Of a stretch of DNA of 64,000 nucleotides, positions 10,054 through 19,916 are shown one piece after another (position 1 is the stretch's first letter; every line of letters begins with the position of its first letter). Both the position numbers and the translations under genes were made by a program. This stretch comes from an uncultured Candidatus Binatia bacterium. GTDB lineage: Bacteria > Desulfobacterota > Binatia > UBA9968 > CAXXLF01. The notes under the pieces were generated by a model. It saw nothing but the letters and a program-made list of their open reading frames with translations. It was not told where the DNA came from and did no database searches. The stretch spans positions 736,001 to 800,000 of the forward strand of contig OZ244621.1 in the NCBI GenBank assembly GCA_965218425.1, in the 5' to 3' direction.

Positions 10054-10344
10054 GGCCAAGGAGACACTCCAAAAGTATCGTGCGATATTGAGTCCCGGAT
10101 TTCGCGCTTCAATTGTAGCAGGGCGCCTCCTCTCTTCCAAGATGTTATCGGACCCGGGTTTAGGAACCGCTCATCTGATTTACTGATCGTCTACATAAAA
10201 TTTCAACCGTCCTTCTTGAAACGGCTCTGGGGGTGAGCCTCGGCTCCGCCACCAACCCCCCCATTCCCCGGAAATTGGTTGGAGGTCGACCTTCACGAAA
10301 CTTCTCCTGGCGGAAACTGTTCGGATTATGATATTAATAGAGAA

Positions 10345-11124
10345 GTGGAACCCGTCCAATACGATAGCCGACCAACCATGAAGCGCCCTGTTCTGGTCAT
10401 CGCATTTTCCGGTTGGAGCGATGCAGGGGCGGCGGCGAGCACGGCGGTTCGCTACCTCACCGAGCAGCTCATCGCAACTAGGTTTGCCAGTGTCGATCCT
10501 GAGGAGTTCTATGACTTTTCCTCCCAGCGTCCACAGGTCCGACTGGTGGAAGGATCACAGCGTCAGATACAGTGGCCCTCCTACGACTTCTACTACGGGT
10601 CCGGAATGGGGATCGAGCGAGATTTTGTATTTGGCACTGGCCCGGAACCCAATCTCCGGTGGAAGGGCTTCTCCGAACTGTTTCTTTCCCTGGCCCGTGA
10701 GTGGAATGTGGACATGATTGTGACCCTGGGCGCATATCTCGATGAGGTGCTTTACACGAGACCCGTACCCCTGACTGGATTTGCCACGGATAAGAAATTC
10801 ATGAAGGAACTGGATCTGATACCGTCACGATACCAGGGACCTACGGGCATCATTGGAGTCTTGGCTGAGATGTGCCGTAAAACAGCCATGCCCAACCTGA
10901 GCCTGTGGGCCGCCCTCCCCCACTATCTACCTCCGTCTCCGAACCCCCGAGGGACACTGGCTCTCGTGCTGAGGCTCACCCAGTGGCTCGGCCTACGGAT
11001 CGATACCACCCCCCTCGAAAGGGCAGCCGCGGAATTTCAAAACAAGGTCAACGAGATCATCAACAGCGATCCGAACCTATCCTCCTTCATTCGTGAGCTA
11101 AAAAAACACGAATTCGAGCAGTGA
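10345..11124 (+). CDS. PAC2 family protein (proteasome assembly chaperone-like)
   Basis: AFSGWSDAG, DPEEFYDF..RP, GPEPNLRW, YQGPTGI, LWAALPHY motifs; likely GTG start at 10345. Confidence 0.85.
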   Translation: MEPVQYDSRPTMKRPVLVIAFSGWSDAGAAASTAVRYLTEQLIATRFASVDPEEFYDFSSQRPQVRLVEGSQRQIQWPSYDFYYGSGMGIERDFVFGTGPEPNLRWKGFSELFLSLAREWNVDMIVTLGAYLDEVLYTRPVPLTGFATDKKFMKELDLIPSRYQGPTGIIGVLAEMCRKTAMPNLSLWAALPHYLPPSPNPRGTLALVLRLTQWLGLRIDTTPLERAAAEFQNKVNEIINSDPNLSSFIRELKKHEFEQ

Positions 11125-11831
11125 AGCTCTCAGTCTTGATCCCTGCCTACAACGAGGAGAACACTCTCACAGAGGCAATCCGCCGGGTCCAGCGTGTGGA
11201 TGTGTTCAAGGAGATCATTGTCATTGACGACGGTTCAAAGGACGGGAGCCGTGACATTCTGGCTAGCCTCGACACAGAGGCAAAGAAAAAAACCGCCCCC
11301 GGCAATGAGCTAAAGGTAATCTTTAAATCTGTCAACGAGGGAAAGGGAGCTGCAATCCGGTCAGGCCTTGCCAAGGTCACAGGGGACGTTGTCATCGTCC
11401 AGGATGCCGACCTCGAATACAATCCCCAGGATTATCCGAAACTACTTGAGCCCATCGAAGCCGGGGAGGCGGATGTGGTTTATGGAACCCGGTTTTTCGG
11501 AGGCGGACCTCACGGGGTCCTTTTTTTTTGGCACTACGTGGGGAACCAAATTCTCACCCTCTTTTCCAACATATTAACTAACCTTAACCTCTCCGACATG
11601 GAAGTGGGCTATAAAGCTTTCCGATCAGATGTATTGAACAGGATTCAGATCAAGTCCAATCGCTTCGGCTTTGAGCCCGAAGTCACGGTGAAGTTGGCCA
11701 AGCTAGGTTGCCGCATTTATGAGGTCCCCATCTCCTACTACGGACGGACCTACAAGGAAGGGAAAAAGATCACCTGGAAGGACGGCTTTGCCGCCTTTTA
11801 CTGCCTGCTCCGATACCGCCTAATGGATTAG
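11121..11831 (+). CDS. Glycosyltransferase family 2 (polyprenol-phosphate mannosyltransferase-like)
   Basis: IPAYNE, DDGSKDG, GKGAA, QDADLEY, FGFEPE, GKKITWKDG motifs; GTGA overlap with the PAC2 gene. Confidence 0.92.
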   Translation: MKLSVLIPAYNEENTLTEAIRRVQRVDVFKEIIVIDDGSKDGSRDILASLDTEAKKKTAPGNELKVIFKSVNEGKGAAIRSGLAKVTGDVVIVQDADLEYNPQDYPKLLEPIEAGEADVVYGTRFFGGGPHGVLFFWHYVGNQILTLFSNILTNLNLSDMEVGYKAFRSDVLNRIQIKSNRFGFEPEVTVKLAKLGCRIYEVPISYYGRTYKEGKKITWKDGFAAFYCLLRYRLMD

Positions 11832-11895
11832 CCTCCTTCCGAGCCCCCCACCAACCACCCCCAAGTCATCTCTAACAAAGAATTTTAGGGGCACC

Positions 11896-11925
11896 TTGAC
11901 AAAGGAAAGGCCCTTACAGTATATA
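11896..11925 (+). promoter_or_regulatory. Sigma70-like promoter P1
   Basis: ttgaca (11896-11901), 18-nt spacer, tatata (11920-11925). Confidence 0.5.
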
Positions 11926-11940
11926 AACACACTCACCCCG

Positions 11941-12042
11941 CAGGTTGGACGTTAATCGTCCCCGGAGGAATATGGGTGACCTGGAATAAAAGTGTCGAAG
12001 ATTTCCAGGCCGTTGCAGGGGACGAGAGGTAAACCGAAACTG
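11941..12042 (+). ncRNA. Candidate structured sRNA or leader (~100-nt rod-like fold)
   Basis: Nested complementary pairs tcgtcccc/ggggacga and cctggaa/ttccagg between two promoters; no family recognised. Confidence 0.3.
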
Positions 12043-12044
12043 TC

Positions 12045-12074
12045 TTGACATCGGGGAAGCCGAACCAGTATAAA
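12045..12074 (+). promoter_or_regulatory. Sigma70-like promoter P2 for cytochrome c'
   Basis: ttgaca (12045-12050), 18-nt spacer, tataaa (12069-12074). Confidence 0.5.
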
Positions 12075-12118
12075 AGGCACTTTATGCTTAGGCCTGTGCA
12101 GTTAGAAAGGATAGCAAT

Positions 12119-12586
12119 ATGAAGCTTACAAGGACCCTTTTCGCCCTCGTGGCCGGACTTTTTCTCTTCTCGTTCACGCCTCTGTCTTTTGCACAAGAGG
12201 AGGCAATCGAAGCAAGGAAAAAGCTCATGAAGTCCAACAACAAGGCCTCAAAGGCCCTCAAAAAGGCCGTCAAGGCAAAAGACTACGCTGCCATCCAAGC
12301 CCAGGCAAAAGTAATCAACGCGAGCATGGACAAGGTGGCAAAACTGTTTCCCAAGGGAAGCACCGCGAAGAATTCCAAGGCCTTGAAATCAATTTGGTCG
12401 GATTGGGACGGCTTTAACGATAATATTGGCTGGGTTAAAAATTCGGCCAAAAACTTGGCCACCGCGGCCGCTGCCAAGGACGCTGATCTTGTGAAACTGG
12501 AAAGCACGGCCGTGTCCACCGCCTGCCGCCAATGCCATAGGACCTACCGTAAGGGCTCGAGGCGCGGCAAGAAAAAGAAGAAGTAA
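12119..12586 (+). CDS. Class II cytochrome c (cytochrome c')
   Basis: Signal peptide, ARKKLMK, LFPKGS, IWSDWDGF, C-terminal CRQCH heme motif. Confidence 0.9.
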   Translation: MKLTRTLFALVAGLFLFSFTPLSFAQEEAIEARKKLMKSNNKASKALKKAVKAKDYAAIQAQAKVINASMDKVAKLFPKGSTAKNSKALKSIWSDWDGFNDNIGWVKNSAKNLATAAAAKDADLVKLESTAVSTACRQCHRTYRKGSRRGKKKKK

Positions 12587-12625
12587 CACCTCTCGTCCTG
12601 AGAACGATCGAGAGATTGAAAGTTT

Positions 12626-12654
12626 AGAGGGGCGTAGTTTACGCCCCTCTTTTT
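12626..12654 (+). terminator. Rho-independent terminator
   Basis: agaggggcgta-gtt-tacgcccctct stem followed by a T tract. Confidence 0.85.
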
Positions 12655-12867
12655 GTCCAGTCCCCCCAGATCTCCAGTGCATCGCCCCCGAATCATTTTT
12701 GAATCCAACCTGTCTCTAGATCCGTTGAACTCAACCCATTGTATTTCTCAAATTTACGTTGATCTGATTGGCACCATGGGGTAACGCATCCCTGACACGC
12801 CGTCTTGACTTTATGGCGGGGCTTGCCTAACTTAATACAGTTCCATCAAATCAATGAATTTCGCATC

Positions 12868-13848
12868 ATGACTACAAGGGCTCGCAGAAACATTCCGGTG
12901 GTTGACTTTGAGGGGGTATGGTCGGAGGACCCGTCCCAACGCAGGCCCACTGCCAATGTACTTCGGGGAGCACTGGAATCCTACGGCTTTCTCTACCTCG
13001 AGAACCACGGTGTTTCCGCTCCATTGCTCAACGACCTGTTCGATCAATCGCGCACCTTTTTTGCCCTCCCTCAGGAGGCCAAAGACTCTGTCGGACGACG
13101 GGAAGGAGGATCTAGCCGGCACGGATATGAGGGCCTAGGCGGCCAGTTACTGGATGAACACTTTGCGGATCTAAAGGAGCTCTTTCATGCGGTTCCGCAC
13201 GCCGCAGATGCTGATTTGTGGCCAGAACAACCACCACGCTTCCGCGAGGTGGTCTTGACATTTCACCAGGCCGCTGCAAATGCTGCCTACAAGTTTATGT
13301 GCGCCGTTGCTTTGTCTTTGGGCCTTGCTGAGGATCACTTTGCCCCTTCTCACGATCATGCAGAAGGTTCTGTCCGCATGCTCCATTATCCGCCGGTGAA
13401 GGGGCCGGTTGAACCTGGACAGTTACGCGCGGGAGCCCACACGGATTTCGGTGGCATCACGCTATTGTTCACTGATGATGAAGGTGGGTTAGAGATCCAG
13501 GCCCCGGATGGCACCTGGCTTCCGGCACCTGCGCAGACCGGGGCGGCCATCGTCAACACCGGTGATCTGATGGAACGCTGGACCAACGGTCAATTTCGTT
13601 CGTCCCCACACCGTGTTGTGGTTCCACCGGGCGCGGCCCTCCAGCGGCACCGATATTCGGTGGCATTTTTTTTCAGTCCAAATCGAGATGCCGTAATTTC
13701 ATGTCTGGAGCCGTGTCAGAGCTCAGAGCGACCACCAAAGTATCCGCCCGTCACGGCTGGTGAACATATTCAGTCTCGAGTCCAGGCAACTCGTCCCCCG
13801 GTACCTAGGAAGCAAGGCCAATTCAGGCACGGTTCTATTGACTGCTAA
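12868..13848 (+). CDS. Isopenicillin N synthase family 2OG-Fe(II) dioxygenase
   Basis: GFLYLENHG, LHYPP, HTDFG (HxD), HRV, RYS motifs. Confidence 0.9.
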   Translation: MTTRARRNIPVVDFEGVWSEDPSQRRPTANVLRGALESYGFLYLENHGVSAPLLNDLFDQSRTFFALPQEAKDSVGRREGGSSRHGYEGLGGQLLDEHFADLKELFHAVPHAADADLWPEQPPRFREVVLTFHQAAANAAYKFMCAVALSLGLAEDHFAPSHDHAEGSVRMLHYPPVKGPVEPGQLRAGAHTDFGGITLLFTDDEGGLEIQAPDGTWLPAPAQTGAAIVNTGDLMERWTNGQFRSSPHRVVVPPGAALQRHRYSVAFFFSPNRDAVISCLEPCQSSERPPKYPPVTAGEHIQSRVQATRPPVPRKQGQFRHGSIDC

Positions 13849-13858
13849 CGGAGGTTTT

Positions 13859-14971
13859 ATGGGAACCCAGACAATGCCGGTTATAGACGGTGATGGCCAT
13901 GTGATGGAGGATTGGGATGGAATTTTGAGCTTCATGCCTGAACCCTATCGACAGGATAGGCTTCGGGGAAGACGGCTCTTTCCTCCACTGGACCACCTGC
14001 ACTCAGGACGACTTAACTTTTCCCTGCCGGGGGCGTTCCGCCAGGTCACTCCTGACCAATGGCTGGAATTCATGAATGACACCGGCATTCAGCGAGCTAT
14101 TTTGTACACTACTGGCGGTTTGGCAATAGGAAAGATAATAAATAGTGAATTCAGTGTGGATGTAGCGCGGGCCTACAATGACTGGCTCTATCACACCTAC
14201 GTCAACAAGGACGATCGATTCCAGGGGGTGGGTCTCATTCCCATGCAGGTGCCAGACCAAGCGGTGAAAGAGTTACGTCGGGTGGTTGAGGAGTTGGGCT
14301 TTGTCGGAGCCATGATCCCCTCAATGGGATTAAAGGGACATCTCGGCGACAAAGAGTACTGGCCCATCTATGCCGAAGCGGACCGTCTTGGGTGTTGCCT
14401 TGCCATCCACGGGGGAGCTCATGAGGGTCTAGGCATGGACTACCTCTCTCCCTATGCTCCTATCAACGCACTGGGACACCCCTTCGGCCAGATGATCGCG
14501 TTTGCCGGCATTGTCTTTAATGCCATCCTCGATAAATTCCCACGTATACGGATTGGTTTTATGGAAGCCGGAGTCCTATGGCTGATGACCTGCCTGGAAC
14601 GTTTTGACCGGGGCTGGGAAACACACATTCCATATGACCCAAACGGCGCCTACCTTCAGCTAAATTCAGGAGAAAAGGTAAGCGACTATATTATACGGCA
14701 CATCAAAGAGGGTAGGATCTTTATCGGATGCGAAGGAACGGAACCCATGTTACCCGATGCCATTCGCGTGGTTGGAAGCGAACCTTTTATCTTCTCTTCG
14801 GACTTCCCCCATGAAGTCAACACGGAGTACTGCAGGCACGAACTCGAGGAGATAAAGGGGACCTCAACATTATCAGAGGGTCAAAAACACGGGCTCTTGC
14901 ACATTAACGCAGAAAATTTTTATCGCCTGAAGGAGACGAACCAAAACTGGGCCGTTGAAGCCCACGCGTGA
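13859..14971 (+). CDS. Amidohydrolase family 2 protein
   Basis: IDGDGHV, AYNDW, AIHGG, FMEAG, SSDFPH; ggagg RBS before ATG 13859. Confidence 0.88.
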   Translation: MGTQTMPVIDGDGHVMEDWDGILSFMPEPYRQDRLRGRRLFPPLDHLHSGRLNFSLPGAFRQVTPDQWLEFMNDTGIQRAILYTTGGLAIGKIINSEFSVDVARAYNDWLYHTYVNKDDRFQGVGLIPMQVPDQAVKELRRVVEELGFVGAMIPSMGLKGHLGDKEYWPIYAEADRLGCCLAIHGGAHEGLGMDYLSPYAPINALGHPFGQMIAFAGIVFNAILDKFPRIRIGFMEAGVLWLMTCLERFDRGWETHIPYDPNGAYLQLNSGEKVSDYIIRHIKEGRIFIGCEGTEPMLPDAIRVVGSEPFIFSSDFPHEVNTEYCRHELEEIKGTSTLSEGQKHGLLHINAENFYRLKETNQNWAVEAHA

Positions 14972-14974
14972 CCC

Positions 14975-15433
14975 TCATCCTTGCGGGGACATGCCCTTTT
15001 TCTTGAGTTCCTCCATCGCGTTTTGGGTTTTCTCAAGCCCGCCAACACCCATTCCTTTGAGTACGTTGGGTGACTTGGTGAACTGGATGTCATCGTAGGG
15101 CACCACCTCAATCCGGTTCCCCCAAGGGTCGCGAAAATTGAGCCGTTGATCAAGCCTTTTGACTCCAAGTTTATCCAACGATCCCGCCACCGGCTCCCTA
15201 TTATCCACAACGAAACCGAAATGACGTTTATCGTCTGCCCCCTGGGCCTTGCCAAGACTCAACTGGATGAACTGATCCCCCAGATCGATGAATGCGTTAC
15301 GCTCACTTTTTCCCCGCAGGGTGAATTCGAAGATCGAGCCATAAAACTTGAGCGCCTCGTCCAGGTCCCCTACTTCCAGGACTACATGGTTGATCCCCAA
15401 CGCACGCGCTTTTTTTCCACTTGCGTCACTCAT
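14975..15433 (-). CDS. VOC family protein (glyoxalase/extradiol dioxygenase fold)
   Basis: GINHVVLEVGDLDEALKFY, HFGFVVD, DPWGNRIE; aaggagg RBS. Confidence 0.88.
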   Translation of the reverse strand: MSDASGKKARALGINHVVLEVGDLDEALKFYGSIFEFTLRGKSERNAFIDLGDQFIQLSLGKAQGADDKRHFGFVVDNREPVAGSLDKLGVKRLDQRLNFRDPWGNRIEVVPYDDIQFTKSPNVLKGMGVGGLEKTQNAMEELKKKGMSPQG

Positions 15434-15474
15434 GGCGCCTCCTTTGGTTGGACCGGTTACTCTTTTGGGCTTGA

Positions 15475-15828
15475 TCATAACTTGTGACTTCCCAACCGGA
15501 GTGAGGAATCGCAAGATCCACTGTCTTTTCGCCAAACAACATCTTCAATGTCTACAGCGCCGGGCCAGTTTTTGTCCACCGGTTGAATCCCCCTTTCTAC
15601 GGCGAGATCATAAGGATCGCTCTGGATTCCGCCGGTCGCCACAACTCTACCCTTTACAGAAAATCGAATCACATCTCCCACATTAAGCCCTAATTTTCTC
15701 CACCATCTGGAACCCTTCACGGAGCCGTAAAGATCACAGTAGTTCCTAGCAAGGCACCATCGCAGTCTTTGAAGGTCACCGTGATGCCAACAGACAACGG
15801 GACGACTTGGTGTAAGCACTCTACCCAT
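15475..15828 (-). CDS. Hypothetical protein (possibly EVE/PUA-like)
   Basis: 117-aa ORF with ggag RBS; VGDVIRFSVKGRVVATG segment; no firm family. Confidence 0.45.
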   Translation of the reverse strand: MGRVLTPSRPVVCWHHGDLQRLRWCLARNYCDLYGSVKGSRWWRKLGLNVGDVIRFSVKGRVVATGGIQSDPYDLAVERGIQPVDKNWPGAVDIEDVVWRKDSGSCDSSLRLGSHKL

Positions 15829-16165
15829 AACTGCTCCGTCCTGTTTTTACTTTAATACCGCAAGGCGGTCAAACAATAAAAGGTCTCCTCATTGATTCAA
15901 CATCCGACATCCATCTCTAGCTAATCAGGATTACAGGGACATTGACCCCTCGCACTTGCGCCGGATTTTATTGCGATTCGTTTCGTATGGCAAGAGAAGG
16001 TTTGAGCCATGGACACTCTGAGACCCGGGAAAAGGTAGACCTTAAGGGTCGACGGGTGACCCGGATTACCTGAAGGCGTGGTACGAATCTTATACAAAGG
16101 TGGAAAGCTAACAACCAGACACGAAGTGAAAAGAGATGTGCAACCGAGAGCCCATGCTTCGCGCT

Positions 16166-16912
16166 CTACCTGGATGGGAGCCGCTGGAACTTTTTCTTGA
16201 CGTCCAAGAGTTGGCAAAATTCTCCAAAGCATTTTTGACTCAGCACCGTGAGCCGGTGAATGTAAGACTTGGTTTCCTTGCGGATTTTGTCAGCCGTCAC
16301 ACGGCTCCCAAGGCTTTCCAACTCTTTCTTAAAGGCAGGCGTATTTAACCAACGCTCAATCATGAACTCATCCACTTCCAAATGGAATTGAAATCCATAG
16401 ACCTTCTCTCCATATCGAAAGGCCTGGTTACTGCAAATCTGTGATCTCGCCAGATGAACGGCCCCTCTGGGTGTCTCAAAGGTATCGCCATGCCACTGAA
16501 ATATTTTCTCAGAACTTCTAAAGTGTCCCACCACGGGATCTTTCTCCGCCGCATGTGTTCTGGAGACATCGAACCAGCCGATCTCTTTTTCGTTGTTCTT
16601 CGTGACCGGAGCCCCAAGAGTCTTGGCAATTAATTGAGCCCCAAGGCATACGCCCAGCACAGGAATATCCTTTTGAATTGCCTCCTCGATCAGATGCAAT
16701 TCCGTGGTTAAATAAGGGTACTTCTTCGTCTGGTATACGCCCATGGGCCCACCAAGGACTACCAATCCGTCATACCCATTCAGGCAAGGCTCGGCATCGG
16801 GATGACGACCGAAATTGACGTACCGAATCCTAAATCCGCAACGCTTGAACAAAGGATTCAAGGTACCAAGGATTTCGTATGGCACATGCTGAAACACTAA
16901 AAGCCTAGCCAT
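16166..16912 (-). CDS. Class I glutamine amidotransferase (GMP synthase GATase-like)
   Basis: LGGPMG, LGVCLGAQ (catalytic Cys), QWHGD, QFHLE. Confidence 0.9.
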   Translation of the reverse strand: MARLLVFQHVPYEILGTLNPLFKRCGFRIRYVNFGRHPDAEPCLNGYDGLVVLGGPMGVYQTKKYPYLTTELHLIEEAIQKDIPVLGVCLGAQLIAKTLGAPVTKNNEKEIGWFDVSRTHAAEKDPVVGHFRSSEKIFQWHGDTFETPRGAVHLARSQICSNQAFRYGEKVYGFQFHLEVDEFMIERWLNTPAFKKELESLGSRVTADKIRKETKSYIHRLTVLSQKCFGEFCQLLDVKKKFQRLPSR

Positions 16913-16984
16913 GACAATAGCTTACACCTTTTAATTCCCTGTATCGGAAAAAACAGACCCTCCATGTGTTTTGACCTCCTCCGC

Positions 16985-17287
16985 TCATTTTGAACACCAT
17001 AAGCAAGCATGCCTATCAAAATCTGAGAGGACCCTCGACACAGCCATAAAACGTTTGTGGTTGGAGGACCCCTTATGACGATCGAGGAACATTGGAATGA
17101 CCGTCTCAATCAATTTACCATCAATGTGTACACCTACATTTGATTCCTCCTTCAGTGAATCCAGCTGTGTATGTATTTTTAAGTATACATTTTGAAGGAT
17201 CTCATCCGTTGCAACAGGATCGTTAATCCTTCTTTTGATAAAAGTTTTCAGCTTTGCCTGATAGTCTCGCCAAATGCTTTCAGTCAT
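16985..17287 (-). pseudogene. ECF sigma factor (SigZ-like) N-terminal fragment fused to unrelated sequence
   Basis: TESIWRDYQAKLKTFIKRRINDPVATDEILQNVYLKIH resembles SigZ region 2; regions 2.4 and 4 are absent. Confidence 0.6.
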
Positions 17288-17293
17288 GCTGGC

Positions 17294-17779
17294 CTAGACT
17301 CCCAAAACCTTTCGTACCCGAGAAACCACTTCTTCCGGTGTACCCGCCACCTCCACCGTTGGTATCCCTTCGGGTTCTTCGAGGGTCTCGAATTGACTTT
17401 CCAAAAGGTCAGCTCCAAAGTAATGACCTTTTCGATCTTTAATTCTCCGCTCAAGAAGAGCCGCATCCCCGTTTAGGAATACGAACTGTACCCCGTCAAC
17501 TCCGTCCGTAACCCTCTCCCTGTAAATCTTCCGGAGTGCCGAAAAAGCAAGTATTGCAGATTCATCTCTTTCGTTGACTCCACGGACAAGCTCATGAAGC
17601 CTATCAAGCCACACCTCACGGTCCGTGTCGGTTAGCGCAGTTCCTCGTCTCATTCGTTCGATATTGTCTTTAGGATGGAAATCGTCACCGTCAAAAAACT
17701 TCCAACCCATGGCTTCAGATAGAAGTGTCCCAATGGTGGTCTTTCCCGACCCGGCAACTCCCATTAAGATTAAGATCAT
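17294..17779 (-). CDS. gntK: Gluconokinase
   Basis: MGVAGSGKTT P-loop, DGDDFHP, LTDTDR, SALRKIYR, SQFETLEEP. Confidence 0.9.
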   Translation of the reverse strand: MILILMGVAGSGKTTIGTLLSEAMGWKFFDGDDFHPKDNIERMRRGTALTDTDREVWLDRLHELVRGVNERDESAILAFSALRKIYRERVTDGVDGVQFVFLNGDAALLERRIKDRKGHYFGADLLESQFETLEEPEGIPTVEVAGTPEEVVSRVRKVLGV

Positions 17780-17920
17780 CCGTTTTGAGTAATGACAGCT
17801 GGAGCAAAATTCATGGACAACTGTATCTTCTTTACCATCACCTGGCAAGAAACCATAAGACTCCACCACCATGTGAAACCCCATGCTTTCACTGGTCCAT
17901 TGGCGTCATAGCCCTTGGAG

Positions 17921-17949
17921 TTGACATCTCTATGAAAACAACATAAGGT
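17921..17949 (+). promoter_or_regulatory. Sigma70-like promoter of the RRM gene (long 5' leader)
   Basis: ttgaca-17 nt-taaggt, about 200 nt upstream of the start codon. Confidence 0.4.
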
Positions 17950-18147
17950 GAGATATCTACTTCAGTAAAGGGCCTTCTGATAGACGAATTCTTTAGTTAA
18001 AGGCCTAAGCAGTCTGTCCTTGCGAAGCGAAACCATAGGACAATCCGACCAGAGCGTGGTTCCCGCCTTTTTGTTTTCCATGTTCTGCTCCAAGTGGGGT
18101 CAGATTCTCAGGGTCAAAGACATTAACAGTCTCTAATGGAGGAGAAC

Positions 18148-18465
18148 ATGAGTAATAATAAATTGTACGTTGGCGGCTTGCCTTATTCGGTAACGGATGG
18201 GCAGCTGCAGGACATTTTCGCGGACCACGGGACGGTTGAATCCGCCAGGGTCATCGCGGATAAATTTACCGGTCAGTCACGGGGTTTTGGCTTTGTGGAA
18301 ATGGGTTCCGGGGATGAGGCCCAAAAGGCCATCCAAGCCTTGAACAGCACTCAACTTGAGGGACGGACACTCGTTGTTAACGAGGCCAAGCCTATGGCGA
18401 GCCGTGACGGTGGTGGTCGGGGTGATAGAAGTGGCGGCGGTCGCTCCTCGCGTAACCGATGGTAG
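18148..18465 (+). CDS. RRM (RNP-1) RNA-binding protein with Gly/Arg-rich tail
   Basis: RNP2 LYVGGL, RNP1 RGFGFVEM, VNEAKP; ggagg RBS. Confidence 0.93.
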   Translation: MSNNKLYVGGLPYSVTDGQLQDIFADHGTVESARVIADKFTGQSRGFGFVEMGSGDEAQKAIQALNSTQLEGRTLVVNEAKPMASRDGGGRGDRSGGGRSSRNRW

Positions 18466-18490
18466 TACTTCGAATTTAGCGTAATCACGC

Positions 18491-18522
18491 AGGGGGCAAC
18501 AGGTCGGTTTGCCCCCTTTTTT
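18491..18522 (+). terminator. Rho-independent terminator
   Basis: agggggcaa...ttgccccct stem plus T tract. Confidence 0.8.
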
Positions 18523-18780
18523 ATGGTGGCTGTCGAAACCCGACTACCTCACTCCAATCCTTTCTCCCAGTTCTATTTCAACCCCATGCCTTGATCCGTT
18601 CCCATCGTCACAGGTTGCTGCGAGAAACGACATAACCTGCCGTTATCGCACTCATGCATTGAACAGACCTCCAGTTGACAATTTTTTTGCCGATTTGATA
18701 TGTTTGCCACCGGCTCTACGATCCTGTAAGGTCCTTGCATCGAGTCGGATTACAACCCTTGCTTTAAAAAGGAGAATTCC

Positions 18781-19803
18781 ATGCTTAGAAGACTTCCAAG
18801 GCATTGCTTGATCACTATTGCCATAACCCTTGCGTACGCTCTCGGCAACGCCGGGCCCGCTATGGCCGAACAGTTCTATAAGGGCAAAAGCATACGCTTT
18901 ATTGTGCCCTACACCCCGGGGGGCGGTTTTGACGTCCAAGCGAGAATTATGGCTCGATATCTTTCTAGATACATCGGTGGAAACCCCACTGTCATCGTTC
19001 AAAACATGCCGGGCGGCGGAGGTACCATAGGCCCGAATTACGTCTACAACGTCGCCAAGGCTGATGGCCTGACCATTGGTTTTGTTCATGGGAATATGAG
19101 TATCGGGCAGATGACGAAAGTGCCTGGCAGAAAATTTAAAATGGAAAACTTTAGCTGGATCGGGGGTACGGACTTTGGTCCAATTGTGCTGGCCATCAAG
19201 AAAGGCTCACCCTATAAAACCATCGACGACCTTCGCAAGGCGAAAAAACCTTTGTTTTTCGCAGCCGCTTCACGTGCAAACAATCAGGCTGACTACCCTG
19301 TGGTTTTAAACAAATACGGCGGGCTAAATTTTAAAGTCGTTCTAGGGTATCGCGGCTCAGCATCCGGAGTGGCGGCTATTCAGCGGGGCGAAGCCGATGG
19401 CATGGCGGGATCCTTACCCGCATTACTTCGCTACACAAGTGATTTAAAGATTATCATCGGGAACAAGCGGGCGCGACAAGTGGTTTCTGACCTTATCATT
19501 GACGAAGACATTGTGACCTCGGAGGAGGGCCGACGGCTTATCGACGCCCTAAAAGTCTCTCAACGCATCGGAAGGGGCATTATGGCTCCTCCAGGTGTTC
19601 CCCAAGAAAGGCTAAAGATTCTGATAGGTGCGTGGAACGAAATGCGGCAAAATACTGAGTTTCAACGCACCCTGGAGAAAGCGACCTTTATAAAACCGAA
19701 GGATCTGGTTTCCGCTGGGGAGGTAAGGGAAACCTTGGCAAAAGTAGAGGCCATCCCACAGGGGACCTGGAAGGTACTCAAGGACGTGATTCAAAAACAA
19801 TAG
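18781..19803 (+). CDS. Tripartite tricarboxylate transporter substrate-binding protein (Bug/TctC family)
   Basis: Signal peptide, IVPYTPGGGFD, VQNMPGGGG, ADGLTIG, GYRG, APPGVP. Confidence 0.9.
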   Translation: MLRRLPRHCLITIAITLAYALGNAGPAMAEQFYKGKSIRFIVPYTPGGGFDVQARIMARYLSRYIGGNPTVIVQNMPGGGGTIGPNYVYNVAKADGLTIGFVHGNMSIGQMTKVPGRKFKMENFSWIGGTDFGPIVLAIKKGSPYKTIDDLRKAKKPLFFAAASRANNQADYPVVLNKYGGLNFKVVLGYRGSASGVAAIQRGEADGMAGSLPALLRYTSDLKIIIGNKRARQVVSDLIIDEDIVTSEEGRRLIDALKVSQRIGRGIMAPPGVPQERLKILIGAWNEMRQNTEFQRTLEKATFIKPKDLVSAGEVRETLAKVEAIPQGTWKVLKDVIQKQ

Positions 19804-19916
19804 GATACCACGCGGATCGAGGGAGGGACCGCCGTCGTAAACTAATCGGCGGTCCTATCCGAAACTTTCTTAACCACTAATATCTCAGTTACACTTCTTT
19901 GTTACGCAGGCGACGC

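Noticed and set aside
10140..10290. Possible ncRNA, LexA box or IS end upstream of polB
   Set aside because: Only a weak GC-rich hairpin and partial motif matches; cannot be supported
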